Source: Eledone cirrhosa (Eukaryota). Taken from it: a stretch of DNA of 64,000 nucleotides. How positions within the stretch are numbered: the stretch's first letter is position 1; every line of letters starts with the position of its first letter. This document shows, in pieces, positions 1-14,541 of this stretch. The DNA is taken from contig OZ024740.1 in the NCBI GenBank assembly GCA_964016885.1, positions 301,258,001-301,322,000 of the forward strand, written 5' to 3'. A model generated the notes under the pieces. It saw nothing but the letters and a program-made list of their open reading frames with translations, was not told the origin of the DNA and did no database searches. The position numbers and the translations under genes were made by a program.

Positions 1-39
<39 letters not shown>

Positions 40-167
40 TGCAGATAATTAGTGTATTTGTATGTTTTATATGTGTCTCGCGTATATGTGTGTGAATAAT
101 CGGTTGATGTACGAAAGATTCCGAAAATCTGAAATTGGAAATAGTCTTCCCATCGCAGGTGAATTTT

Positions 168-350
168 AATAATTGTTTCTACGTTAGGCACAAGGCCAGC
201 AATAACCCAGTGCATTACTGGTACTTCATTTTATCGACCCCGTAAGGATGAAAGGCAAAGTTAACCTTGGCGGGATTTGAACTCAGAAAGGCAAGGGCCG
301 TAACTCTATACGTCAATGCATGGCGTCCGACCCTCTACCAATACTGCCAA
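168..350 (-). mobile_element. tRNA-derived SINE (octopus OK-like family)
   Basis: Reverse complement shows A-box-like TGGCAGTATTGG, B-box GAGTTCAAATCC, central AACTTTGCCTTTCATCCTTACGGGGTCGATAAAAT and an (ATT) tail; same family recurs many times in the window. Confidence 0.85.
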
Positions 351-371
351 TAATGCTTCATTACTATAAAT

Positions 372-527
372 AATAGTTTCTACATTTGCCACAGCGCCAG
401 CTATTACATCAGTGCATTGCTGGAAACTTTATTTTATTCGACTACGGCGGGATTTGAAATCAGAATGTAAAGGGCTATAACTGTATAATGCATTGCATGG
501 CGTTTGATGCTCTACCGATACTGCTAA
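372..527 (-). mobile_element. degenerate SINE copy with internal deletions
   Basis: Colinear similarity to the 168-350 copy (ggcgggatttgaa, ctctaccgatactgc). Confidence 0.7.
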
Positions 528-599
528 ACCATAATATATGAACAATGAATCTCGAAGACTCTTTTTACTGCTGTATCACTTTCCTTATGTATGTTCAAT

Positions 600-1420
600 A
601 CATACTGATTCTCCAGGAACACCTTTTTTCTAGGTTACTACTTGCTTATACTTATTTTCTCTGAGGTATCTAGTCAAAATTGCTGCCATATCGGAGACGT
701 ATATTATCCATCCAATATTTAGAATTGGTATTGTTCTGAATACATAATATCATTGGAATTATTCTCTTTTCAAATGTACTCTCCATAAGCTCTTATCGTT
801 TCTGCTAGTGCTTCCTTTTCAAATATTTGTATAGATATTCTTAGAATTCCCTCCTAATTGATATTACCTTATTTTAATATGCAGTGTCTTTTCAGTCTCG
901 TCTATCCATAAAGATTTGAATGAGTGATTATGGTGTACACTCTTAAATCACTGTCTATATCTAGTGTTATAAATCCATTTCTGGTTATTTTGATTCTTAG
1001 TATTGCAGCTTTTGCATATGTATCTAATCTCTTAATCATTCTTGTGTATTGGTTGAATTGATTAACAATTCTCTAATTTAAGGTTTATGAATTTTTATAG
1101 ATCATCTATATAGAAAATAACATTAAACATTGGATATATATTAAACAAAACAAATTAAAAGTGATATACATTTTAAATTATACCTACCTTGATGCATAGT
1201 GCTAGTTTCAATTGCATGTTCTTTAATTTCTAGTCATATAATAGTTTTAAATTTTGCAATGGTACGTATTAAGAAATTCATTAATGTGGAGTTAGACTTG
1301 ATTAGGTGGACTGATTTCAGTATCAAGTGTTGGGAAATACTGATAAATTTCTGTTCGTAGTAAATTCGAGCCATCTGAGTTCTTTCTCTTCCATAATTTC
1401 CCGAATCACCAACAGTCACT
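600..1420 (-). pseudogene. highly decayed non-LTR retrotransposon RT, R4/Dong-like
   Basis: Minus-strand fragments MARIYYEQKFISISQHLI (cf. MAWIDYKKAFDSVPHSWI), IKVGII (cf. IKRGIFQGD) and FYIDDL in RT motif order, with stops and frameshifts. Confidence 0.45.
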
Positions 1421-1749
1421 CATTTTCTACGGAAAGTCTCTTTTTTAAATAGAATGTTGATTACAGAGTGTGTAATCAACATGCTGTACAGTATGGGTCT
1501 GCTCCAATTGCGTACCCTACTTCGCAATGTTCTGGTCTCTCAAGCTGAGATAATTTTAGGTAAACTTTGCTAAATATCCGACCAAAAAGAATATTCTAAA
1601 TGTACATAAATTAATCGTTCAATTATATAGATCAAGCACCAAGATCAAATTTGCCTCCCATTATTCCGGGCACGATAAAACAAAGTATCAATCAAGCAGA
1701 GATATGATATCGATATGTTCGACATTTCCTTCCCAACAAATTGTAGAAA

Positions 1750-1811
1750 TCATTGTCACCATCATCAACATATCATCATCATCATCATCATAATCACCAT
1801 CAATATCATCC

Positions 1812-1866
<55 letters not shown>
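1750..1866. repeat. (ATC)n microsatellite
   Basis: Direct inspection. Confidence 0.95.
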
Positions 1867-3084
1867 TACTAATATCAATATCATTTTCATATCGTATATG
1901 GTGCTTCATTTGTCATTTAGTGTTTCTGTTTATCGCTTATATTCTATTACCCTTCCCTTCGTCATATGTATTATTTGAGTTCACTGCTTTCTTATTTTTA
2001 TACAGATACTCGAAATATTTTCTCAAAACGTTTAGCCAATTTTATATATTATTTAATCTATATGAATTGTATAGTTTAGGAATATATTATATTTCAAGAA
2101 ACGATACTGTTTCTTTAAATGCTGTGTTTGTTTTAGAGATTGACAATATTGTTTGAAATATTATTAGTCGAATCCGTTTGAATATTCTACTTCGCTTGAG
2201 GACTGATGAAATATATATCATGTTCTTCATCATGTCTATTTTCTTAGCAAATATTCGCAAATATTCGCTTATATATATCTGATACATATTCATGTTCTAA
2301 TTCGACTAATATTCCATGCTGGCTTTAACATTAAATTGTGCAACTATATTACGTATTACTACTCAGATATCGGCACCTCCCATACATACAGTTTAAATAC
2401 ACAGGCTTAGATTTAGGAGAATATTATCGCATGCATCATCTTTCCCATTCAACAGAGTAAATATGAAAAAAATATCATATCATTACTAGCAATATACACC
2501 TTCCAGTAATTATGAGAATTCATATTATTTCTATTTTTCGGAAATAAGTACAAAATCCTAAAAATATGATATTCGGTATTCTTTTGTTCATTCTCAGAGT
2601 TCGCTGCCTCTACAAAATGTATGAATTATTGTAGAGAAAGCTGAACACATTAATCAATATAAGATTTCATATTTTCGTAAAGGAGATAGAAAAAGAATCG
2701 TATTACTAACAGTTGAACTGCTGGATACATTTATTAAGTAATCCAGGGTACGGTGACATAAAATGTCCTTATTATTTCTAAACCGATGTTTTTGCCAATA
2801 TTATTTCATTGCCAAAACTTTCTCAATAACAATCACCATAAAATAATATGTGCGACATTTTTATTATGCTGTTGAACGGACAAAACCTACAATATTAAAT
2901 TGCTTTTCTGTTTGAATGATTGTGCTAGATTTGTATCATATCTCAAATGTTATTTCCGGGTGAAAACGCCGTTAATAAAATAGATGATTATGTACCACAT
3001 TTTCACTTTTTCCTTGCTACTCTGTATACTACAGTTATATTGAAATATGCTGTTCACACATACACACATATTATACGCACACAC

Positions 3085-3230
<146 letters not shown>

Positions 3231-3950
3231 TGCGTGTGTTTGTATGTGTTTTTGATTATAAGCTTTATTTATATTTATATAGGAATTTCAAGCAATTAGC
3301 CAATACCTTCATTGATTCAATATGTATTACATAATTACATGTAGCTTATAGACACTAATCGATAACAATCCTATAATTACTGCCTCGGTAGTTGTGCAAA
3401 TTAAGATAATTGCAGAACTTGCTGTCAAGCGCTTACGATTAGTAGTGAGTTGTATTCACTCCTCATTGATTCGTAATAGCTCACGGCTTCCTAGTTCTCT
3501 CCAAACTGAGAGAAAACTACCTTATTGCTGATAAAATATCCATGCCTGTAGGTTTAAAAGATTTAACGTGTTAATGACTGGTTCTTTGAATACGTACTCT
3601 CGTGTCCCAAATAATAGAGAGTGGGTTTGAAATAAGCGGGTGTCGGGGAGGAAAATCGTTTTCTTTACTTTACATATTAAAAGCCCAAATCCTCCAATTC
3701 ATTTTATAACGTATGAGAATGTTTGTATAATTATTGTTGTTCTTTTGACCTATATAGTATTTTGTTTGTCTAAGACGATATTTCAAAGCTCAGCGAAGAA
3801 CTATAAACATGAAAATAAAACGTCTTGCTCAAGCACATAACGCATCGCAACACTTTATTTTCACGTTGTTCCTTCTACTTGGAGTTGCGACCGATAGATA
3901 GTATTAGCAAGTGGAAAGACCATTGGAAACATGTTTTCCTCGGGCCGATT

Positions 3951-3994
<44 letters not shown>

Positions 3995-5880
3995 ATCACA
4001 AATCTAATTTTAACTCTAATCCTTCTATAAGAATTATATGCCCTTCCAAATCTGACATCGGCATCATTAGTAAACAAATTTTAGATAGAGTCATCCCACA
4101 ATTAAGAAAACATGTTAATTTACCACTCTGGGAAAACACATCCCAGGTAATTAACTGGTTTACTAATATTAGAAATAAATCATCTGCTTCATTTCTACAA
4201 TTCGATATAGATGCTTATTATCCCTCTATATCACCCATACTCCTGAACAAAGCCTTGATATTTGCCAAAAATAGATCAAACTTAACTATGGATGACGTTA
4301 ATATTATCACGCACGCTAGACAAACACTACTGGAATTTCAGAAGGAATACTGGACCAGAAATACATATAGTAATATATTCGACATTACTATGGGCTCTAG
4401 TGATTCTGCCCAAATTACCGATCTTGTGGGCCTCTTTCTTCTATTTAACATAAATGCTTCTTTTCCCCACCTTAAAAGTGGTTTATATCATGATGACTGT
4501 CTTCTTCTTTCCACTAACCTTAGCCTATCAGACATTGAAAAAATAAAAAAACTTATGAGAACTTTCCTCAAAGACTATTATAGTCTCACTATTACATTTC
4601 AAAATACAAGTAAAGTAGTTAATTTCCTTGATATAACTTTAGACTTATCTACGGGTATCTACCAACCTTACCATAAAACTAACCAAAACTTACATTACAT
4701 ACACTCACAATCTAATCACCTTAAATCTATCCTTAAAAACCTAGCATATAATATCTCACTCAGAATTTCTAACCTTTCATCTAACCAGGATGTATTCGAT
4801 AAAAATGCGACCTTTTATAACGAAGTTCTAGCTAGAAGCGGCCACAAAAACAAATTAGTATATATATCTTGTACCAATAATACTACAAACATACAACCCA
4901 ATATTACCAACAAACACCAAATGAAATATACACACCTAAATGCCACTCACACTATTACCCAAAACTACCAACTTAAAACTTAATTTCTCTACCTCTTCTA
5001 ATATACAATATAATAACTTTCAAAAAACCATTCATCCTAATATTCCAATATATGTTAATAACATTACTAACAAAATTCCTAATAATCATGCTAAAACACC
5101 TAAATCAGTGAATCTAACTAAAAATATGTGTAATAAAATCACTAATACTAATTATCTTAGTAAACATCAGGATACATCGTATAAAAATATAAAAACAATA
5201 TCGAAACCGTAATAGACGAGTTACTTGGTATAATGCTCCATTTAATCTACAAATTAAAGATAATATACCTAAAAAAATGTATTACTATCCTAGAGAAAAA
5301 CTTCCCGCCAAACCATAAATACCATCAAATTTTAAATAGATCAACGGTCTAATTATCCTACTCAACAACCAAAAATATACAACAAATACAATGCATATAA
5401 ATGTAAAAAACCCATGAATATACCACCAATACATCAAACTAACCATAATACTAAAATAAACCACAGCAAACCACCATCTAATTCACATACAACAAGTCGA
5501 GAAAATTCCCCACCTAATTTGACTAACTCCCCTGATATAACATTCACGAAAGGTTGTAACTGTAGAAACAAAGCAAATTGCCCATTAAAAGGAAATTGCC
5601 TTATTAATAACATAGTATATAAATGTAAAATTAGCACTAAAGACTCAACTTATTCATATATAGGAGCTACTTCTAACCAATTTAAAGTAAGATTTAATAC
5701 CCACAAACACAGTTTTTAAAATGCCGCATTAGCTAATACAACATCCTTAGCTGAAATAATTAATAATTATAGAAAAAAGAAAATCGATTATAACCTGACA
5801 TGGAGTGTGCTCAAAAGGGCCACCCCGTAACAAAATAATAGATATGAATGTAGATTATGTTCCCAGGAACTCTTTGAAAT

Positions 5881-6052
5881 AATTGTTTCTACTTTAGGCA
5901 CAAGGTCAGCATTACTGGTACTTTATTTTATAGAACCCGTAAGGATGAAAGGCAGAGTCAACCTCGGCGGGATTTGAACTCAGATCGTAAAGGTACATAA
6001 CTATGCTGGAAAGCATGGCGTCCGCCCTCTACCGATACAGCCATCCACCGCC
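5881..6052 (-). mobile_element. SINE copy with TSD ctttgaaataat
   Basis: Family similarity; direct repeat at ~5872-5883 and 6053-6064. Confidence 0.9.
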
Positions 6053-6061
6053 CTTTGAAAT

Positions 6062-6227
6062 AATTGTTTCTACTTTTAGGCACAAGGCCAGCATTACCCA
6101 GTGCATTACTGGTACTTTATTTTATCGACCCCGTAAGGATGAAAGGCAAAGTCAACCTCGGCGGGATCTGAACTCAGATCGTAACGGGACGTAACTATGC
6201 TGGAAAGCATGGTGTCCGACCCTCTAC
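6062..6227 (-). mobile_element. 5'-truncated SINE copy, tandem to the previous one
   Basis: Family similarity; the PLE frame resumes immediately after it (atgaagtctaag). Confidence 0.9.
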
Positions 6228-6979
6228 AATGAAGTCTAAGGATATCGTATTAAATAAGCGACAAGAATTAATTATATCATGCAATCATAGAATTAGAAAA
6301 ACTTTCAAATATTATAAACCTAATTAATATACACTTATATTTTACAACTTATTATAATTAATTTTTTTAAAAATTAGTTAACCTATAATTAATATTCTAC
6401 TACTGAGAACTGCATAATTTTATTTCCCTTTTACAGCTATCTTTTCCTAAAATTTATACCAATAAATATACATATAAACTATTTTAATTTCCTGTTATGA
6501 ATCTATATTCCTTGTAATCTATATAAATTTGTTATTTCTCACGAATATATTTATCCCCCAAAAAATGTTTTTCCTTCGTTTTCCCCCGAGAATTTCTCTT
6601 TTACAGATGATTTTCGTCCGGAGAATGTAATGTAATGTAAATAATTATTACAGTTTTTTCTATAAATGGTAGATTAGTGTTGGAGGTAATTTTAACTCTA
6701 ATAAGCACGATACTGTTTTCATTTGAATTGTTTTCAAACGGGAAAAAATAAAGCAACACAAGATACACATAGTTCCAATATCGAATATAATTTACAGTAT
6801 TCTATTAATACCAACTCAAATGCGGTGTCCGAAATTAATATGTGCTTAAATGAAGCCTACAAATAACTGTTTAATTCCAAGATTTTAAATAAAAGTTAAT
6901 AGGCCTTTACATTCTGCATGCACACATTTACTTTTATCTAGACACGTCTATAATCCTACATGTTTATCCGAATTTCATA

Positions 6980-7385
6980 TCAGAATGGGGAATTATTACA
7001 ATGTTTTTAATAAGTTTGATACTGATTCCCCAAACTTACTCGTGCATGGCAAGAAGACCAGAGAGTCTTTACATTAAAAGTAGAGCCGCTATTTCTCCGA
7101 ATTCAGAGATCACAGCACCGATATTACGGACAAGTGGGTAGAATGTTTCAGGAAAGAATCGCGGGACATATTTTACGGGTAAAACCAACCGGCAGGAGAT
7201 CCAGATGTACACCTGGAGTAAGATGATTGGCTAACATTCATGAGCTCGGTTGGTCTCACTTGAAGATCGGGCCGGATCAGTTGGAGACGGTTGCTTCTGA
7301 TAGGACACCCTGGAAGGAATGTCTGAGGACTTGCCCCCACGACACTCCAAGAAATATGTGGGCGAAAAAGAAGAGATGAATATAG
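6980..7385 (+). pseudogene. decayed 3' end of an RTE-clade LINE
   Basis: Translated pieces ERIAGHILRVKPTGRRSR and WSHLKIGPDQLETVASDRTPWKECLRTCP resemble RTE/Rex3 C-termini (recalled pattern). Confidence 0.55.
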
Positions 7386-8518
7386 CGCGATATTTTCTGA
7401 ATATAATATTTTCAATCTGAATTTTACTTTTAACACTTTGTATAATTTTAGGCATATTTCCTATTTTGCTCCTGTTTTAAAACAAATGCTGTGATTCTAG
7501 TTCGAATAATATTATTGCTAACAGTAACAACTGATATAAGCTAAATAACGTATTTTTATTTGAATAAGTAATAGAGATATATCATTCCTATTTGATTCAG
7601 AACATATATGTTCAAAACGTTCTTAAGTCAATATCATGAGGCCAAAAATATGACTATAGTTAAAGTTTTTTTAATTATTATATTTGTTTAATATCTAATA
7701 GATTTATTTGTAATGTGTATTTAATCATATATATATATATATATATATTTTACAATACTATTTATGCAATGAAATATTTTACTTTATTAGATATTAACGA
7801 AATTAATAAAAGTTTGCTCATCTTGAATTTGAGTTAGTGGTTGGTATATTTTAAATTTCAATTTTCATTTGTTTTTATTGTAGTTGTCAATCTATGATAC
7901 AGTAATTGTGACTTGATTCTCAATACAGCGCATATAATATTAACAAATAAATTTAGGATGAAATTTATTATTAAATTTTATTATCTTTTTGCTAGGTACT
8001 AATTGAATTATGAAAATATCAATTTATTTTTTTTCTTTATATTGGGTTTGAGGAGTTGTGCACATGCTGAAATAATTTGGATATATTTGTGGTCAGTCTG
8101 TGGATTTCAGGGAATTTATAGCATTGTAATCTGGTGTGCGTGGAATGTTCTAGACTTTTAATATATGAGTATTGATATGGGATCTAAAATTGAACAGACA
8201 ACGGTTCTCATGCTATGACACGTTGTGGATTTAGTGGACATCAGCCGCGTACATCAGGGCAATATATTATGGAATATGCTGAAAACACTACGCATCTCCG
8301 TTTGAACCCACTTGTTCAAACCAAATCTTTTCTTAAATGTTTCTACTCTTTTTTCCTTTGAACCTGCCAACAATTAGCTCCCATGAACTTTTCTTGACTC
8401 TCCTTCTCAACTACATCATTAACACTCTCATAATTCCTTTAAGCTTCCTATGTATAAACCACTCTTCTGTATATGTTTTACTCTTTTTTCTTCTCTTCTA
8501 GAACTCTTTCTCTCTAAA

Positions 8519-8623
<105 letters not shown>

Positions 8624-8689
8624 GCATTACTCGGAATTTGCGTTACTTTTCGCTTTTTCTACCTGCCGAAATGCGACGATTCTCGCTGA

Positions 8690-8792
<103 letters not shown>

Positions 8793-8880
8793 GGAAAAAT
8801 TTGAACAGGGACAAAACAGAGAGGCAGTACAACAAATGTTTATTAATTTCACGCTCTGGAGAGTGGGGTGTTGGTGGGGG

Positions 8881-8912
8881 ACGACGTTTCGGGCATAAGC
8901 CCTTCCTCAGGT
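8881..8912 (-). ncRNA. minimal type I hammerhead motif in Neptune pLTR
   Basis: Minus strand ac-CTGAGGA-a-GGGC ttat GCCC-GAAAC-GTC-gt; stem III reduced to palindrome ACGT; stem I only 2 bp. Confidence 0.65.
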
Positions 8913-10765
8913 GGGAAGTGTGTGGGAACAGAGTTCAAAGGGTGTGTAGGGGAGTAGTGGAGAGACATATAGCGAAAGGAAACGGTGCGAATGAAAAAAT
9001 AAAAAAATAAAGATAAAAATAAAAATAAAGCATGATCAAAATACAAGGAATGAGATAAATTTAAAAATAAAGGCATGATCAAAATAAACTGAAATTAAAA
9101 GGGGGTTAAACAGGTGGTGGAAGGGTGTGGGGTGTGTAGGAATGTAGGCGGGTGGAGTGGGGAGAGGGGTGGGGGGAGAGGAATCAGGAGGCTGAGGGTG
9201 TAGATATGTGATGGAAAGCACGTGTGTGGGGTTTAAGCGTGTTGTGGGTGTAGGTGGCGTGTGGAGAAAAAACATTTTTTGGGGGGTGTGTGTGTGGGTG
9301 AGTTATATAGGTGATTACGTAAGAGGATGGTTGAAAAGTTGGTAAATTCCGAAGATGTTTAGTGGATTGGTGGCTGGTCAATTTCTGCAGTGTGGGTATT
9401 CCATGAAGCGATGGTCGGAAGAGGAGAGATGTGGGGTGCGCGCGCAACAGGAAGTGGTCAGCAGTGGGAGTGCTGTGGTCTGTTTGTGCTGGGAGGTGGT
9501 CAGAGGGCATAGCAGCAGTCGGTGGAATGGTAAAGGGGCGAGGATGGGTAGGTGTGAAAGTTGGAGTGAGGAGGGTGTGTGGGTGTGTATTTTAGGGGTG
9601 TTAGTGGGATGAGTGAGTGTTGAGCAAGGGTGTGGGTGGAGCGGGGAGAGAAGGGTGTGTGTGGTTCTATGGAGGGAGTGTGGTGTACTGGTGTGTGTGT
9701 AGTTTGATGAAGAGGTGTTAGTGGGTGTTAGTATACGGGAGGTGGGGAGGGGTTGAATGCAGGTGTGAGTCGGGGTTAGTGGTGGTAGGGTGTGTAGAGT
9801 TGGTGGTGTACGAGGGTGTGTGGGTACGTGTGCGTGGTGTTGGGGGTGTTAGTGATGTTAGTTGCGTGTGGGGTGGGTGGTGTAAGTGGGTGCGTGTGTT
9901 CGTATGCTTGGGGATAGGGTGTGTTAGTGAGGTTAGTTGCGGGGTAGTGGGATGGAGGTGTGGGGGTGAGAGGTGTGGGGTGAGGGTTAGTGGTGGTAGT
10001 AGGGTGTGTGTTTAGTGTGAGCGCGTGTATATATGTGTCGGTGGGTGTGTTCGTGTGATAAGGAGGGGGAGGAGGAGAAGAAGGGAGGGATGTTAGTATG
10101 TTAGTTGGGGAAGGGTGGTCAGATGAGGGGTGGAGTGGAGTTGTTAGTATTGTTAGTTGTGGCGTGGGCGGTGAAAAGGAGGGGTGTGTTAGTGGTGTTA
10201 GTGGGGGATAAGTGTGGGTGGAGGGGGTCGGTCGAAGGCTAAAGGAATAAGGGTGGGGAGTTCAGGCCGGGGGGAGCGTGGGTCTGTAAGATGAAGATAG
10301 TTCGTTGTTGGACCGTAAGGCGATTGGCGGGGGTTTCGTGGCACTGGAGTAGGCCACAGACTGTGAGATGGCGTGCGGAGTGTCCAGGGCCACCAAAGTG
10401 GCGGGCGATGAGGGAACTGCCCCCGAGACTAATATCCCGGAGGTGCTCCGTGACTCGGTACGCCAGGCGACGCCCCGTCTGTCCGACATAAGTCGCGCGA
10501 AGTTCGAAGACTAGGTTGGAGGAGGTGCAGCGGAAGGCATGCCGGACCGAGAGAGAGTGGCCGCTGGGACCCTGGAAGGTGGTGGCCTAGGTGATGTGGG
10601 GACAGGTGTTGCAGCGGGGCCTAGAACAGGGAAAGGAACCGGGGGGAAAACAGAGCGTGGGTTGGGTGGTAGGGAGCTGTGGACGAGGAGGGTGCGGAGA
10701 TTGCGTGCGCGTGTGAAGGAGGGGAGTGGTGGGGTTGGGAAGATGTGGGAGGTGGAGGCGTCGGA

Positions 10766-11995
10766 CTAGAGGCGTCGGAAGAGGCGGCGGATGGTGCGGA
10801 GGAGGGGTAAGGTGGATGGGTGGTAGGTGGTGTGGAAGGGGAGACGGTGGGTGGGTGTGCGGTGGCGCGGGGTGAGGGTGGTGGAGCGGGGGACAGCACG
10901 GGCACGGGTGAGAGCAGTGTGGACGAGAGAGGGGGGGTAACCTCTGCGGATGAAATGGCTGACTAGGGAAAGGGCCTGGGACTCAAAGTCAGCATCACGG
11001 CTACAGAGGCGGCGGATCCTGAGAAGTTGGGAGTAGGGAATGGAGTGTTTAGTGTGGGTGGGGTGGGAAGAGGTGAAGTCGAGGTAAGAGTGGGAGTCGG
11101 TGGGTTTGAAGAAGGCGGAGGTGACGAGGGAGTGGTGGGAGGGGTCGAAGGCGACGGAGATGTCTAAGAAGTGGACGTGGCTGGTGGAGATAGAGGTGGT
11201 GAAGTGGAGGGAGGGGTGGAAGGAGCAGAAGAAGGAGAGAAAGGAGTCGAGCTGTTCTCGGGTGAGGGTCGCGGCTCCAATACAGTCGTCAATGTAACGA
11301 CCGTACAGTTCGGGCGTGGGGCCGGTGTACTGGGCAAAGATTTGGGCCTCAACTTGGCCAACAAAAAGGTTGGCATAGTTCGGGCTCATTCTTGTACCCA
11401 TGGCTACCCCCGTGACCTGTTGGTAAAACCCACCCGAGAAGGAGAAACAATTCAGAGTGAGGACCAGCTCGGCGAGGCGAAGGAGGGTGGGGGTGGAGCG
11501 AATGGGTGAGGGGCGAAGGTCGAGGTAGTGTTTGAGGGCGCGAAGGCCGTCGGCGTGGGGGATGACTGTATAGAGGAACTTGATGTCTAGGGTGAAGAGG
11601 AAGGGCTGTGGGCCGGGTGGGTAGGTGAAGGAGTCGAAAAGGCGCAGGGCGTGGTTGGTGTCGGAGATGTGGGAGGGGAGGGTGGTGACAATGGGGGCGA
11701 GGAGGGAGTCGAGAAAGGCGGAGATGAGTTCGGTGGGGCAGTTGCAAGCGGAGATGATGGGGCGCCGGGGTTGTCGGGTTTGTGGAGTTTGGGGAGGAAG
11801 TAGATGGTGGGGGTGCGGGGGTTGCGGACGATGAGGTGGGAAGCGGTGGAGGGGGGGAGGCGATAAGGTCTTTGATGGTGGAGGAGACTTGTTGTTGGTA
11901 GATGAGGGTGGGATCGGAGGGTAGAGGGCGGTAAAAGAGGGGTTACAGAGCTGCCCGAGGGCTTCGGACGTGTAGAGGTCCGCGCACCACACCAC
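10766..11995 (-). pseudogene. PLE reverse transcriptase reading frame (frameshifted at both ends)
   Basis: RT motifs including YIDD; the N- and C-terminal continuations lie in other frames. Confidence 0.85.
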
Positions 11996-12200
11996 TACGG
12001 CGCATCCTGTGTCCGCCGGTTTGATGACGATGTCATCTCGGCTACGGAGGGAGCGGAGAGCGAGGAGTTCGCCCCGTGAGATATTGTACCGTTTCGAACG
12101 GTGGCGGAAGTCGAAACGATTTACTGCGCTACGGCTGGCATCGACGAAGGCGTCCAGGGTGCTAAATTGCCCTGGGGCCGGCGTGTATTATATATATATT

Positions 12201-12360
12201 TATAAGGAAAAAAGATGAAATCGAAAATGCAACTGCAGTCTTTTCTTTTTTTTTGTATACATTTATTTGGTTCCTTTGCCGGTTTCGCAGTTCCTGTGCT
12301 TTTCAAAAGTAGCACTGAGATGGTGGGTTTGTGGATTTTCTTGCATCTGGTTGGTGTTCG
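12201..12360 (-). mobile_element. solo pLTR-like fragment with UUGAAAA-core hammerhead
   Basis: Homologous to the arms of 13663-13948. Confidence 0.7.
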
Positions 12361-13213
12361 AATGTTACTTCAGTTGTATATGGAAAAAAAGTGACTCGAA
12401 ATGCTAGATATTGCCTAATATTGGGTAGATAACAATCTAATGAAACATTTAATATATTATGAGAGTGGACTGTATTTAAAATTAAATATAAATTTATAAA
12501 ATTTTGTATAAGGGTTTCAATTGTTGCACTATATAATGTCTATTAGAGCAAATAATTTTAATATTATAATGAGCTAGTTACCTCCCCTTACGCATTAGCT
12601 CCCCTTAATTCCATATCCACTTCCGGATATTAAGCCGTTGAAAAATCTTGCTGTAGAACAATTCTAATCGATGAATATGAATACAATAAAACCAAGTTAC
12701 AAGCCATTACTATAACTAAATAAAAACATACAATACAAACACTAACTAAAATATAACTTAACATATTGAATGCATGGGAAATCTGTAACTTTCATACTCT
12801 ACACACATACATATTTGAACTATACAGAAACTATCCTTCGCTTAAAGTGCCTGTATATTATGTAATACCTTGCCATACAGTACACATATATGCCTAATAC
12901 ATCTGCCTGTTTCCTTCCAATATATATGACTAACTCATGTTCAATCTCTACATGCTTCCTCAATGCCTCTTTAATTATTATACTATTCTCTTGTATTATC
13001 GCTCGCATGTATTCCACTATGTGCTTTTAATTTTAATTTTAATTTTAATTTTAATCTTAATTTGAATTGTTGTACAATTCTCGTATAATAAATGTCGCAT
13101 CCATTACACCCTGTATATACTAAACTGTTGTTTACAACATCAGTATATATATATGTATGTATATGATTCTTCAGTTGAAAAGGAGGTTAATTATATGTAC
13201 AAACATTGATAAT

Positions 13214-13258
13214 GCTCCGATGAACTCAAACTAAAGTTTGGAAGAAACAATTGTAAGC
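13214..13258 (+). ncRNA. degenerate hammerhead motif in a short (TA)n-flanked insert
   Basis: gct-CCGATGA-..caaac taaa gtttg..-GAAAC-AATT-GTA-agc; one core mismatch (U4C). Confidence 0.6.
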
Positions 13259-13662
13259 GATTAAATGATTTGAACATAACTTTGATACTTGTGTATTTTA
13301 TATATACATATATATATATATAGTGGTGATAAGGTGCAAGTTAATTAACTAATGAGAAAATACGGCTGAATAATTATATGGTCGAATTGTGCTAACTTAT
13401 AAGAAGGATTCCGGAAAATATACATACACTTTCAGAGGCGAGCCTGCATATTGGAACAGGTTCGTTAATTAATAGATCATTCATTGAGCTGATCCACAGT
13501 GAAACATATGCAATACGTAATAAATATGTATATGATGGAACACTGATTGTTTTCCTTTATATATTAATAATATATATATATATATATATGTATATATATT
13601 AGAAAGTGAGGTTGTGTTATAAAATTAAAAAATAACCGAGGTGTCCTACACGAGTGAAAGTA

Positions 13663-14076
<414 letters not shown>

Positions 14077-14114
14077 AGGAGGTTATAGTTAACTTGAAGC
14101 ATTGTGTAATGAGG

Positions 14115-14502
14115 TATACACGTTTGAATATGTATAATAAAGCCAAAACAATGCAGGTATGCACATACAAAAAAGAATGCAATTGCAAAAGATATTGTTG
14201 ACAAATCGTCTTTTACCTTAGATTTATTTAAATGTCCTTAATTTTCGAGATAATATCTCTTCTTCAGAGGGAAATAAAGGTCTCAAACCAGCCTTCTAAA
14301 TATCTTGCCAAGCCATGCTGACAGGAAAAAGGCTGGTTTGAGACCTTTATTTCCCTCTGAAGAAGAGATATTATCTCGAAAATTAAGGACATTTAAATAA
14401 ATCTAAGGTAAAAGACGATTTGTCAACAATATCTTTTGCAATTGCATTCTTTTTTCTATGTCCATACCTGCATTGTTTTGGCTTTATTATACATATTCAA
14501 AC

Positions 14503-14506
<4 letters not shown>
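14115..14506. mobile_element. fold-back element with ~180-bp inverted arms and minimal HHR
   Basis: 14115-14295 is the reverse complement of 14329-14506; cct-CTGAAGA-a-GAGAT att ATCTC-GAAA-AT-TA-agg at 14354-14388. Confidence 0.85.

Positions 14507-14541
<35 letters not shown>

Larger units (their letters stand above)
3991..6325 (+). mobile_element. 5'-truncated, disrupted Penelope-like element, Naiad-type RT + GIY-YIG endonuclease
   Basis: Starts right after (TA)n; KDHKSNF..RIICPSKS, QFDIDAYYPSI, TMGSSDSAQITDLVG, GLYHDD, NFLDITLDL; CNCRNKANCPLKGNC, IVYKC...YIGATSNQFKVRFNTH; C-terminal CRLC...LNKRQELIISCNH split by two SINEs. Confidence 0.9.

Noticed and set aside
9184-10015. H/P/T-rich and G/V-rich ORFs
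   Set aside because: Compositional artefacts of the GT-rich tract; no motifs
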